DNA of 64,000 bases from Octopus vulgaris (lineage: Eukaryota), in NCBI GenBank assembly GCA_951406725.2, contig OX597824.1, forward strand, positions 36,766,001 to 36,830,000, in the 5' to 3' direction. Shown here in pieces: positions 28,919 to 42,480 of the stretch. Under the pieces are notes generated by a model. That model worked only from the letters and a program-made list of their open reading frames with translations. It searched no databases and was not told where the DNA came from. Numbering within the stretch: the stretch's first letter is position 1; every line of letters starts with the position of its first letter. Position numbers and translations under genes: made by a program.

Positions 28919-29575
28919 GCACACCCACATATGTATAAGTATAAATTAATGCATACACACACACGTGTGTGTGCATGCCTAGGTGTTGTCACAGCTGCAC
29001 AGTTTTGCAGTTCAATTTGCAACAAATGGTTTTGAGTTCAGTGCCATTGCACAGTACCTTGGACAAGTGACATTTACTACATCACTTGCTAATTAATGAC
29101 TCATGAGTAAATTTGCTTGACAGAAGCAATATTGAAGTCTATTTTGTGTATGTTTGTATGAATATCATTATGTGCAACTTTGTGCATCTGTGTGTATGTG
29201 TGTGTTGTGTGTGTGTGTATGTGCCTGTGTGCATGTGTGTGATTCTTTGTGTTTGTCTCTCACTGCCTGACAAGTTAGGTTAATAAGTTTATATCTCTGT
29301 GACTTAGCATTTCTGCAAAGAGAGATTGATAGAATAAGTGCTGGATATAAGAGTATTTCATTGAATGAACATCTAAATATACTGCTCCAGCATGGTCACA
29401 ATTCATTGATAGAAATGAAAGTGTGTATATATATATATATATATATATATGCATGCATACACATGTAAATATAAGCACATATGTATTTCTATATATGTAC
29501 ATATCTATATATGCACATGTACTTATATACATACACACACATATATATGCAAATATATATATGTATATGTGTATG

Positions 29576-29607
<32 letters not shown>

Positions 29608-29807
29608 CATATAAACACACACAAACATATACATATATATATGTCCTTACATGCATGTATGTACATATATTTATTTATACATACATACTTGTTAAATATA
29701 CATAGATATTTTTTACATACATACACAAGCACAAATAGTTGCACATACACACACACATACACATATGTATATATGTATGCATATGTATATACATATACAT
29801 ATATGTA

Positions 29808-29861
<54 letters not shown>

Positions 29862-29946
29862 AACACATATATAGACACAGACACACACACACACATGCAA
29901 CTGTATATAGATATAGCTTCACACAGATATGTGCACAGATATTTAC

Positions 29947-29983
<37 letters not shown>

Positions 29984-31063
29984 TCACGTGCACAGAGAAA
30001 ATATCACGCATATAACACGCAGAAAAAAAAAATGCATACACATACATTTTATAAATTCATATATTGTCTTTGTTACATATAAAATATACAAACATCTTAT
30101 TTGCAGAATTAATATGGAGAGCAAAAAAAATAAGTATTTGATTGAAGCTAGTAGCAAATGGTAAATATTTCGATTGTTTACCAGACATCATTCATAATGC
30201 TACTACTCTGGTTCCAGCTTGTCGCTCCTCTACAGTTGATGCTCTTTGAACTTTCACCTCCATTCTCGACTCGAATACAGTTGAGTCCATCTGTTTTTCT
30301 CTCTCTTTCTCTCCCTCTTTCTCTCTCTCTCTCTTCATGTCATGTTGTTAACATCATTTCCTCTTACTGAATAACCTATTATTTTAACTGGTTACTAATA
30401 CAGATAAACCTATTTATTGATAATTAATGAATTAATATTTAAATTCTCTTTTTTTCTTTTTTCTTTTGCATTTTTGTAATTAATGGGAAAAAAAAACTTG
30501 TGAAATGTAAAAAAATATAGTTGGGAATTAATGAAATTATATTCATATATAAAAATTCAGCAAAAACATAACTACGTAAAAATTCAAAGTAAATTTGTAA
30601 AAACAATGTAAATTCAAAATAATTGAAAAAAATTGATGAAAATTGCAAAACTAAATATTGGTACCAACCTACCTGTTTGTACAAGATTTTCAATAATAGA
30701 ACTGCTAAAATAGTGTACCAAATCACTAGTATCATCATTCTTAATACTGAGTTTTTTTATAGTTCTTTGGGTGCGTGGAATGTTTTGGTAAGGGTCACAC
30801 GTGCATTGTTCAGAAAAAACCATTTCAAAACATGCCATGTGAGGGCAAAAGCAATAATAGACAAGCAGGCTGTTCATATTGATGATGCAGTGGACTTGAT
30901 GACTTATTGAGAAAGCAATTAGAAAACATTATGACAGATGTGAAGAGGGTAAGAGTTCCACACCAGCACCTGATTCGCGATGATTCGTTTCTCCACCGCC
31001 CGGTCCACTGAAGATGTGATGGTAAATCAATGCAGCGGAGAAGTTATCTACTGAGAACTACAT

Positions 31064-31185
31064 TTAAAATCTGAGAATGATACGTAAAAAGAAACAAGAA
31101 AAGGAAAACAGCAAGAAATAAGAAGGTTGATGTAGTGGGGTGGAGAGAAGTGGAGAGGCACTGACACCTGATGAGTCTGTTGGAG
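31064..31185 (-). CDS. Candidate terminal exon encoding a GPI-anchor-like C-terminus (xPTDSSGVSASPLLSTPLHQPSYFLLFSFSCFFLRIILRF*)
   Basis: ttgctttacag acceptor, phase-1 open frame with small residues, spacer and hydrophobic end, followed by ~1 kb of mostly non-repetitive UTR-like sequence. No upstream exon identified. Confidence 0.35.
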
Positions 31186-32431
31186 CTGTAAAGCAACATG
31201 TGCTTATTAATCAACATGTCTGTGTATGCATGTGCGAACATCTCATCATTGTCTTCCTATACTACTTCTGTCCATGCATGTATACATATATACATGTACA
31301 TAAACGTCGACATACATATATATACTCCACTATGTGTAACTGTTTATTGTACACAACTGTTGCAGTGAAGGTGGGGGTGGGGTATCTATTCTGTGTGTCT
31401 TTCACTGCATGAAAATGCATTGACTTGCAGTTGTGTATATAAGATGCATTAAATGCATGTGTGCATATGTCTTTGTTTAAGTGCATTCAAGTGTATGTAT
31501 ATCTAAAGAAAAAAACCAATACAAGAGTGTGTCTGTGAGTTCGCAGACAAACGCACACAGACGTACACACACATACACACTAAACACAATGCACACGCAT
31601 ACACCAGGTGCTGTTTAAGTAAGGCAACATTTAAATAATTTCTATTGAATAGACTTTAAGAAGATGATGTATACATCTAAACATGTGTATGTGTGTGTTT
31701 GTAAATGTATACATAACAATAAATATGCATGCACACAAATACGCATCCATACAAATACGCACATACAAATACACAGATATATGTATGTATATATCTATGT
31801 ATATGTATATATACATATATAAAATGCATATACATATATATGTATATTGAAATATATGCACACACACATACCACAATGCACAAGCACACGCACACACACA
31901 CACATACATGTGTTTTATATATATATATGTGTGTTTTATATATATACATACATACTTACATACTTACATACATACATACATACATACAGACAGACAGACA
32001 GACAGACATGTGTGCATATATGTATGTATATACACATATACACAAAACAGCCACAAGCATGGCTCACTTCCCAAATCAAATGGATTCAGTTTCAGTCCCA
32101 CTGTGTGGCACCTTGGGCTAATGGCTTCTGCTACAGTACTTGGTGAACCGAAGATGCGTAAGGGAATTTGGCAAGAAGAAACTGAAAGAAGCCTACCGTG
32201 TATGTTTACACACATACACACGTATATATAAACACATACATAAACATGTGTGTGTGTGAATATATACATATGCATTTGGAAATGTACCCGTGCATACACA
32301 TATGTACATATATATATGCATGTATTTATATGTGTCTATATGTACTTAGATAGACATAAGTATATACGATATGAATACACACATGAACATACACATACAT
32401 AAAACACATATATACATAAATGTATATGTAT

Positions 32432-32475
<44 letters not shown>

Positions 32476-32805
32476 TTATATATATATGTGTGTATATGCA
32501 TGTGCGTATATGTATATACATAAATACACATGATTACATATAATATGAATTTATACAGACTTTATATATATAAAGCCAGAAGGTGCAGCCTTCTGGCTTC
32601 CCAGATCCCCAGTCGAACCATCCAACCCATGCTAGCATGGAGAACGGACGTTAAACGATGATGATGATGATATATATGTGTCTGTAGATATATATATATA
32701 TATATAGGTTAGATGTATAAGTTTTTATATTTTACATTTTTATATTTTTATATTTATATGTATATGATTATATAATATTTTTCACTATTATAACAAATTT
32801 AATTT

Positions 32806-32921
32806 AATTCTCTGAAGAGGCCGTGGGGCATCCTTGTTAATGCCTCATTTATACCTGCCTTTATGGCTTATAGGTTAAATGAGGTATGACTGTCCTCACT
32901 GCCGAAACAGCTGTCAGTTTT
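32806..32921 (+). ncRNA. Type I hammerhead ribozyme-like motif with long stem II, within a probable Penelope-like terminal repeat (~32760-33115)
   Basis: CTGAAGA 32812-32818; ggc...gcc-closed long stem; GAAA 32904-32907; palindromic ACAGCTGT; GTC cleavage triplet at 32913-32915. Stem I is weak. Confidence 0.65.
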
Positions 32922-33735
32922 GATTTATTTGCATATTATATTTGAAATTTTTTACTTATATCTCTTTATCTTTTTACTATTACTGTATATCTCATTTCAT
33001 TTTATATATTGCCTTTACTCATATGTAATGGTGTATTAAAGTATGGATTGAGTATCATCGGATAGTTGATGTTTTACTGATTTAAGTATGTTTCTCCATT
33101 CTCTAATTTTGTTGTATATATATATATATATATATAAACATACATATATAAATAAATAACAGTATATATTTATATACTCATACACACAAATGAAAATACA
33201 TGTATATATAGATACATACAAACACATATCTATGTCTAAATATGTATGATTGTGAGCACATCAATATGTACACATATATAAATACATACGACACATTATA
33301 CATAATATATATATTATACAACAAAAACAGAGAAAGTTTCTTTCTAAATCATATAGTATCGTAGGGTTGGTTCCCCAGATTCACTGGTATACATACTCCC
33401 CACTGGAAGGGACACCAGTCCCTCAGAGGAATATTCATTTTTTCCAGTTGACTGGAATGGAGCAACATAATATAAAACTCTTTGCTCTTGATCAACAATG
33501 CATCACCTGGTCCAGGAATTGAAACCACAATCTTATCATCATGAATACAACACACTAACCACTAAGCAATCCCCCTCCATTATACAGTATACATTAATAT
33601 ATATATATATCATATTTGTGCCAACACACGAAATACTTGGGCCTTGAATCAATCTGTAACTTCTACCAATTATCAATAAAACATGTATATATATATATTA
33701 GAAGGTTTGGAGATGATGTACAGGTATTTTATACT

Positions 33736-33922
33736 AGAAGAAATGAGGTACTCAGAAATTCGGATGGTCTTATATTTACAGATATTTATTTGTATATAAC
33801 ATGTTTTTATACATCATATATCATATATCATATATGATATATGATGTATAAAAACATGTAATATACAAATGAATATCTGTAAATATAAAATCATCCGAAT
33901 TTCTGAGCACCTCATTTCTTCT
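33736..33922. repeat. Near-perfect ~187-bp palindrome with essentially no spacer
   Basis: agaagaaatgaggtactcagaaattcggatg... mirrors ...catccgaatttctgagcacctcatttcttct around an (atcatat)/(atatgat) centre. Confidence 0.92.
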
Positions 33923-33923
33923 T

Positions 33924-33972
<49 letters not shown>

Positions 33973-34000
33973 TCATGCTTTGAGTTCTATTTTTCTGTTT

Positions 34001-34213
34001 GTACTGAAAAGTTCCTGGCTTTAAGGGGTATTGTGAAGGGCCTGGTTAGAGGCCTAACCCTTCGAGTTCTTTTACAAGGCTTAGAAAAACTGTAGGACTG
34101 CTGCAATAAGTGTACAAATCTGAGAGAAGAATATGTTGAATAAAATCATAATTAAACTGATCCTCCAGTATTTTCTTTTACCTAAAGCCAGGTACTTTTC
34201 AGCACCCTCTTGT
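34001..34213 (+). mobile_element. Short mariner deletion derivative
   Basis: TIRs ctgaaaagttcctggcttta / taaagccaggtacttttcag; internal GLEKL*DCCNKCTNLREEYVE* resembles mariner C-termini. Confidence 0.8.
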
Positions 34214-34220
34214 ATGTGTA

Positions 34221-34329
<109 letters not shown>

Positions 34330-34530
34330 TAACAGTTAAATACATAGGTAGTTACACATACATATATACATACTTATATACATGTGCGACTATGTGTGCA
34401 CATATATATAATACAGAGTGGTGCAGTTTAAATTGCATGACAACTCATATTTAGACTTATAGATATATTCTTGTACCTCCAGAGACAAACTCTGTCAAGG
34501 ACTGACATTATAGACCAAGTTTCATTTCAG

Positions 34531-34557
34531 ATATATAGAAAGCAAAAACAGAACCAG
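34531..34557 (+). other. Candidate 27-nt exon
   Basis: ctgac branch-like motif, tttcatttcag acceptor, cag|gtgagt donor, length divisible by 3. Confidence 0.25.
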
Positions 34558-34950
34558 GTGAGTTTGTTCATAAAATATTTACATATATCATATTACATAT
34601 GTTTCATTAACAATGGAAAACCAAGAGTTCTTTCGATAAGGAAAATCTTATAAGTTGGTCACATTATCAAATCTTCAGAGGTAGAATCTTTTGTACTCAT
34701 AATGGACTGGCAACAGTGTCATTATACAGCATGAATGATAAAGGTTATTAACGAAGGTTAAATAATCTCTGAAGATCTAACAAAGCAATCAACTAATAAG
34801 ATTTTCCAAATATAACATTGTGTTTTCAGTGTTAATGAAATGTCCATAAAATGACATACCTAAATAATTTATGAACATAATATCCAGTTTTTGGTTTGTT
34901 TTTTGTGAGAGAGTCTGTGAGTGTAAGCATAATCATGCATGTACATAGCA

Positions 34951-34996
<46 letters not shown>

Positions 34997-35171
34997 TTAT
35001 CTATCTACCTCTCTCTCTCTCTCTCTGTATATATATATATATACTGATATATAATTATAGAATTATATATCAGTATAAATATTTTCCTAAATGGAGTTAA
35101 CATGCTAACCACTTGAAAGAATTATCAAATGGTTTTATCCTTCATTAATTAGTTAATTAATTAATTAATTA

Positions 35172-35221
<50 letters not shown>

Positions 35222-35879
35222 GTTCTGAGTTCAAATTCCACCAAGGTCGACTCTGTCTTTCATCTTTTTGGAGTCGATTAAATAAGTATTATTTATGCAC
35301 TGGGGTCAATGTAATCAACTTACTCCCCTCCTCCAATTTGAAATCATCCAATTCCAGTGCTCCCAGACTGGCTTCCATGCTACTGGCATGTAAAAAACAT
35401 CCTCCAAACGTGGTCAATGCCAGTGCCCCCTGAGTGGCTCCTGTGCTGGTGGCATATAAAAAGCTCCATGATGATGAGGATGATGATCATGATGATGCAA
35501 TTTCGGCATATATATATATGCATCTTCTACTGTTAACACCAGGCAAACCAATGCCTTGTGAAAGCATATGATAGATGGAAACTGATGGATGGAGAGGATA
35601 TAAGTATATATATATATATACATCTGTGTGTTTTGATGTGTGTGTTTGTCTCCCCCACCACCACCACCACCACAGTTTGACAACCATTGTTGATGTGTTT
35701 ATGTCCCTGTAACGTAGCAGTTTGGCAAAAGAAACCAATAAAATAAGAACCAGACTTTAAAAAAAACATACTAGGGTTGAGTCTTTTGACTAAAAATTCT
35801 TCAAGGTGGTGTCCCAGCATGGCCACAGGCTAATGACTAAAACAGGTAAAAGATAAAAGATATATTCATAGTATATACA

Positions 35880-36065
35880 TCATCATCATCATCATCGTCG
35901 TCGTTTAACGTCTGTTTTCCGTGCTAGCACGGGCTGGACGGTTCGACCGGGGTCTGGGAAGCCAGGGGCTGCACCAGGCTCCAGTCTGATCTGGCAGTGT
36001 TTCTACAGCTGGATGCCCTTCCTAACGCCAACCACTCCGCGAGTGTAGTGGGTGCTTTTTACGAG
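35880..36065 (-). mobile_element. Young copy of the (GAT)n-tailed retroposon family
   Basis: CpG-retaining copy of ...gtggttggcgttaggaagggcatccagctgtagaaac...acgttaaacgatgatg; related copies near 3400, 11290, 23530, 26545, 32580, 36820, 45230, 48830 and 57490. Confidence 0.8.
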
Positions 36066-36289
36066 CCACTGGGACTTCTTCTATATCATGCATGTTACTT
36101 GGTGACCCTCACAAGATTCAATGTCATTAAAGCAGCACCCTGTACATTTTGCAATATGGTTGTCTTTAGGAAGAGCATCCAGCCAAAGCAGATACAGGAG
36201 CTTGATGCAGTTACCTGGCTTGTTGCATCTTATCAAGCCATCGAACACATATCGGTATGGAAGCCAGACATTAAATGGTGACGATGATG

Positions 36290-36320
<31 letters not shown>

Positions 36321-38417
36321 TGTATGTATATTATCAATATGCTTAGTGTTGCAGAAACTGAAAAGTAGCTATAAATAGTTCTGTAAGTGAAGGTCTACTA
36401 GGTTGAATAGAACACTATTATATTTCTGTTGAAAAGTTATCTTTCATGTAAGAAATAATATTGTTATCCAGTATGGTTATAGAAGTCCATTACATATACA
36501 GATACACACTCAATGTTTAGAATATATTTCTGAATTTAATTGTGTAAACAACATATATCTAATTGAAACCAATTTAGTAACAAAATTGGATTAAGTAAAT
36601 TTTAAAATATTGACTTAAAGCTTTTATTGTTGATATCCTTTCATTCTTGAAATAGTTTTTAATAATAATTATAATCTGATGAGCTAGGAAATATTTCTTG
36701 AAAATTAAATCATTCTTAAAATGTCAGGAAACTGAAGCAATAGAGACCCAGACATACCAATACTGGAACTGAAACGCATGCTGATTCACTATAAAAAGCA
36801 TTCAGTTGGCATTAGGAAGTGGTTGGCATTAGGAAGGGCATCTAGCCATAGAAACCATGCCAAAATAGACAATTGGAGCCTGGTGTGGCTTTCCAGCTTG
36901 CCAGCTTCTGTCAAAGCATCCAACCCATGCCAGAATGGAAAATAGACACTAAATGGTGATTATGATGATGATAATGATGATGATTATATCAGGCCTATAT
37001 TCAATATTGATTTCAAATTTTGGAACAAGGCCAGGAACTTTGGGAGAGGGGTAAGTCAATTCCATGAACCCCAGTGCTCAACTGGTACTCTTTTTATCGA
37101 CTCTGAAAGGATAAAAGCAAAATTGACTCCACAAAACTTGAACACAGACCACAAAGATGGATGAAATGCCACTAAGCATTTTGCTTTGGTGTGCTAACGA
37201 TTCCGCCAGCTCATTGCCTTCGGCTTATATTCAATGTCGTCTTGGGAAATCTGAATATTGTCATGTCAGTACCTCAGGCTACATGAAACTTTTTTTTATT
37301 ACTAACTGGGTCATAAAAAAAGAGAGATTATAAGGTGGGGAGAGGGGTTCAACTGCAGAGCATTGTAGATAACATTGTTCATTAGCAAAGCAGCATTTTT
37401 CATCATGATGTCCAGGAATTGTCGGTGTTAATCCTTTGGATCCATTGATAGGCATGGGAAACAGACCTCCTCCACATCAGAAGTGGAATTCAGGTTATAC
37501 TTACATCCTCTCTTTTGGTGCATTCAGGGAAATTAGAGGTCATGATGTCATGCAGAATAATTTACTTTTTGGTGTGCAACTACATAATTCTGCTGCCCTA
37601 AATTACAAAGTAGCAACAAAGGGAATCTTTAGGTGCGAAGGTTTCTATAAATTTTAAAGTTCTACGGAATAATGAACCATTTCTACCTAATAACTGTGTC
37701 TCATGTAGCTATGACTACAACTAGCAGTCCATCAGTTATGACAGCAAGAGTTCCAGTTGATGCAATCAATGGAAAAGCCTGCTCATAAAATTAACATGCA
37801 AGTGGCTGAGCACTCCACAGACACGCGTACCCTTAACGTAGTTCTCAGGAAAAATCAGTGTGACACAGAATGTGACAAGGCTGGCTTTTGAAATATATGT
37901 ACAACTAATTTTTGCCAGCTGAGTAGACTGAAGCAATGTGAGCTAAAGTGTCTTGCTCAAGGATACACCATGCCAGCAGGTATTGAGCTCACAACCATAC
38001 AATCATGAGCTGAATACCCTAACATTTAGCCATGTGCATTCTAGCAATGACTATTTCTTGGCTGTACCTGCAACAGGCTCAAGCAAGAAGAAAGATAAAG
38101 GTAATCGTTGTGTGACTTGAACTCTGAATATAAATAGTTGGAACCAATACTGCAACATATTTTATCCAAAGCCCTAATCGTTCTGATAATCCATCAAACG
38201 GTAATAAAAAGAATTCCAGATGGAAATTTAATTGCAAATTATTTCATTCAAAATGTGTATATTTGTGTGTAAGCATGCATATGCATGTGTCTTTGCATGT
38301 GTGAATGTGTGTATTCATGTGTGCGTGTTTGTGTGCACATAATTGTATGTGTATGCATGTGTGTGTGTCCATGCAGATATGTGTCCATGCAGATGTGAAT
38401 GTGTGCACATGCCTGTA

Positions 38418-38460
<43 letters not shown>

Positions 38461-38976
38461 ATTTATTTTGCATTATCACGTATCCTAGAATTTACCATCT
38501 GAAATAGAAATTTGTCAAAATGATAAAAAATAACCATTCCAGTACATTGCACAGATGCTCAATATTATATTTGACTTCGTTCATTTTTGACTTGCAAAAT
38601 TATTTTGGAATTAAAAAAGTATTGGTAGAATCCAATTCTCCATACAAATATAAAAAAAGATTCTACAGAAACAAAAAAAAAAAACTGATGGAATTAAAGG
38701 TAGTTTTGGAGATTACAAAAACTAAATTTTCTAAAAAATTTTTTTCCCCAGAATTGTAATAGTCTGTGTTTACAAGTTAAATGGTACGCTTATTCCAAAA
38801 TTCCACCTATTTATTGATCTATCCAGTGCAATGTATCTGTCTATCTATTAATCTATCTAACTAGTACTACACACACACACACACAGATGATAAAGACGAT
38901 TAGGCTTCATGTATATATATGTATATATATATATATGTACATATAGATACACATATGTATACATATATATAGACAG

Positions 38977-39014
<38 letters not shown>

Positions 39015-39101
39015 TGTATATATATAGATAGATAGATAATAGATAGATAGAACTAAATATATCCAGAAGATAAATACCTATGTATAAGCATATAGATGTG
39101 C

Positions 39102-39183
<82 letters not shown>

Positions 39184-39769
39184 ATAGACAAATAAATTTA
39201 CATACAACATAAAAATACAGAATGCTAAGGAGAGACTGCACAGTTTCTTAACTCAACTGCTGTTTCTCGAAGCTCAGATTTACATAATAACCATAATGTT
39301 CATAATTAGTAGGTGGAATGTGCAAAAAGTTCATAGATAAGTAACTAGTAAATGGTTACATAGAGATATTACTATAAGACCAGCTTTCTTCAACAGGAGA
39401 AAGAATTGGCAATAGTAGTTCACATAGTAATGCAAGAGATTTAAAAGTTGAAGGGGAGAAGAGTAAGAAAGGAGTGAAAGGCAGAGAGAGAAAGGATGCA
39501 AGCAGCTTTAAAAGGTAGAGGAAAATCAAGGAGAAATATAAGGTGGGGAGAGGGAGGAAGTTACTAGTCAAAGCAGTGAATGGAAGTAGAAGAGGTGAAC
39601 CAGAAGGTAGGAGAGTAGGGGCTAAGATAGGTCAGTACGAAGAAAGTAGGTGCTACTGGTGATGTGGAATGTCTCTAAGCATACCATAAATCAATTGAGA
39701 TTGGTTACTGGCTATAGAGAAAACAGGAAGAGATAAAGATATACATATATATATATATATTCTCTTTCT

Positions 39770-39932
39770 GCTTTTTTCCTTCTCACTCCATTTTTTCTTT
39801 CCAATACTTTCTGTCGAAGAGCATACGCTCAGAACATCAAGTACTTTTCCATTTTTCCTGAGAATCAAACTAATACACCTACTTGTTCCTTCAGTTGTCT
39901 TCATCTTTCGCTTTCTGTAAATTTGAACTATA
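39770..39932 (+). mobile_element. Penelope-like terminal-repeat fragment with degenerate hammerhead
   Basis: tttCTGTCGAagagcatacgctcAGAAcatcaag; flanks resemble the reverse complement of the 13380 and 54884 fragments; bounded by TA microsatellites. Confidence 0.55.
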
Positions 39933-39974
39933 CACACACACACACACATATATATATATTTATATGTATGTATG

Positions 39975-40033
<59 letters not shown>

Positions 40034-40734
40034 CATATTTGTATTTGGTTTGCAAGATTCTTGATGTGAATTCGCATGATGAAAGAAATACCTATTTCTT
40101 TACTACCCACAAGGGGCCAAACACAGAGGGGACAAACAAGGACAGACAAACGGATTAAGTTGATTACATCGACCTCAGTGCGTAACTGGTACTTAATTTA
40201 TCGACCCCGAAAGGATGAAAGGCAAAGTTGACCGTGGCAGAATTTGAACTCAGAATATAGGGGCAAACAAAATATGGCTACGCATTTCACCCGGCATGCT
40301 AACATTTCTGCCAGCTCACCACCTTTTTGCATGTTGAAAGAAATACTATTGAACCTTGGGAGGGACATTATGCCAGTAATAATTAATACATGCACTGGTT
40401 CGGTCCTTTATTGTTATTGTTAGTTAATAGGTTAGTTACTCCGGTAGCCAATTTATCGATCAATCATTTTTTACCAGTTTTTCAAATTCATATGTTAAAC
40501 ACTTTGGTTAAACAGTTAATCATTCAAATGTTCAGTATTGTTAGTGTTGCCATTTCTTTATTTGTCAAATAATTATTTCATCACATTATTGCAGTCTCTT
40601 CAGTGACAAATCTCTCTACTTCCATTTCTTTTGAACTTATGTTCCAGCATTGGGATTTGCCTGAGATCTGTCCAAGATGAGTATGTGAGTGTATGTTTGC
40701 ATGTGTGTGTATTTATACAAAAGTGTGTACATCC

Positions 40735-40783
<49 letters not shown>

Positions 40784-40855
40784 AAATACTGACTATGTCA
40801 TTTTTCATTTACATAAGATATCAATTTTAGTCTTCTCTTTGTTTTCTTCACAAAT

Positions 40856-41256
40856 GGTGCAGGAGTGGCTGTGTGGTAAGTAGCTTGCTTACCAACTACA
40901 TGGTTCTGGGTTCAGTCCCACTGCATGGCACCTTGGGCAAGTATCTTCTACTATAGCCTCGGGCCAACCAAAGCCTTGTGAGTGGATTTGGTAGACGGAA
41001 ACTGAAAGAAGCCCGTCATATATATGTACATGTATATATATGTGTGTGTGTGTTTGTGTGTCTGTGTTTGTCCCCCCAACATTACTTGATAACTGATGCT
41101 GGTGTGTTTATGTCCCCATAACTTAGCGGTTCAGCAAAAGAGACCGATAGAATAAGTACTAGGCATACAAAGAACAAGTCCTGGGGTCAATTTGCTCGAC
41201 TAAAGGTGGTGCTCCAGCATGGCCACAGTCAAATGACTGAAAATAGTAAAAGAGTA
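40856..41256 (+). mobile_element. Full-length CORE-type tRNA SINE (OR2-like by inference)
   Basis: A-box TGGCTGTGTGG, B-box GTTCAGTCC, MIR/CORE-like accttgggcaagt, internal (TA)/(TG) tract, A-rich tail; more than 10 related copies in the window. Confidence 0.9.
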
Positions 41257-41979
41257 AATGCATACATTCATCCATAAGACGTTTCTCTCAAGGACAGTTT
41301 AATGGCCATCTTCTTTGTTTGATACATGTTGAATATATTGATATCTATCTGTGTGTGAGCATGAGCATGCGTATGCATACTTGTGTCCATGTGTGTATGG
41401 GATGGTATGTGTGTACGAGTGTGTGTGTCTATGTTTGTATGTATGTGCTTGAGTGTATATCTGTGTCTCAGTATGTCTTTATGCGTGTGCGTGTTTGTGT
41501 GTGCATTCATGTGTGCTTGCGTGTACATGTGTACTTCTGTATGCATGTTTCTGTGTGCGTGCTTGCATATGCATATATGTGTGTATCCATGTGGGCATAA
41601 GGGCATGTCTGTGTCCTTGTTTGTCTTTGCATGTGTGTGTGTATGTGTGTCCCCATTCGTGTGTGTGTCCATTCATGTGTGTGTGCATCCATGGGTCTTT
41701 GTAAGGCATGTTCATTGCTTGTTTTTGATTTTGTTGACTACACAGCATAGTTGGGTCAGTTGGGCACAGTCTGTGAGAAAAACAGCACCATGACGCAATT
41801 CACTCTCAGAAATTTGGAAACATACTGTACTGCTTGGCATTCATGCCAGAAGCTCTAATATGAATAGATGATGAACACACAAAGCAACCTTATGTATATA
41901 TTTTTTTATGCATTTTAGCCCTAAGACTGTGGTCATACTGGAGTATCACCAGTGTTATCACCTTTTCACCTTTTTAATG

Positions 41980-42480
41980 CCCAATTTTATATGATTGGCT
42001 TTTGGTGAAGGAGGGAGTTCGACACTGTTGCCCTCTTTTGGGTCTCCTGCCTTAATATTAGTTCATGTACGACCTTAGATAGCCGGAGGTCAAGTTGTTT
42101 CTTGAAAACACCTACTGCTGTACCATGAAGATACCTCAGATCTTTTGGCAAGGCATTAAATAGCCATGGGCTGTGGGCCCTTAAATCTCAAGCTATTGCA
42201 GTACATGGTCATCACTCTAGATGGGAGAGTTGGGAGTTTTGGGACAGTGCAATGATGTCCAAGCTCAAAGGCTAATGTAGCTCTCAATACCAAAGTTTGG
42301 TGCCAGCCCTTGCAGGATCTTCCATACATATATCTCTGCATACCTCTCCCTTCTTCACTCTAACGGGTAGAGTTATAGTTTGTTCAGTCACTCCCAGTAA
42401 TCTTCCTAGTGTAACACCACTGAACTGCCTCAAGTTCTGCTATTGATTTGGCACTATTGGATACACATATATCAAAACTG
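41980..42480 (-). mobile_element. CR1-group LINE 3' fragment
   Basis: LE*RRERYAEIYVWKILQGLAPNFGIESY ... YCNSLRFKGPQ..LFNALPKDLRYLHGTAVGVFKKQLD, typical CR1 ORF2 C-terminus. Confidence 0.85.
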
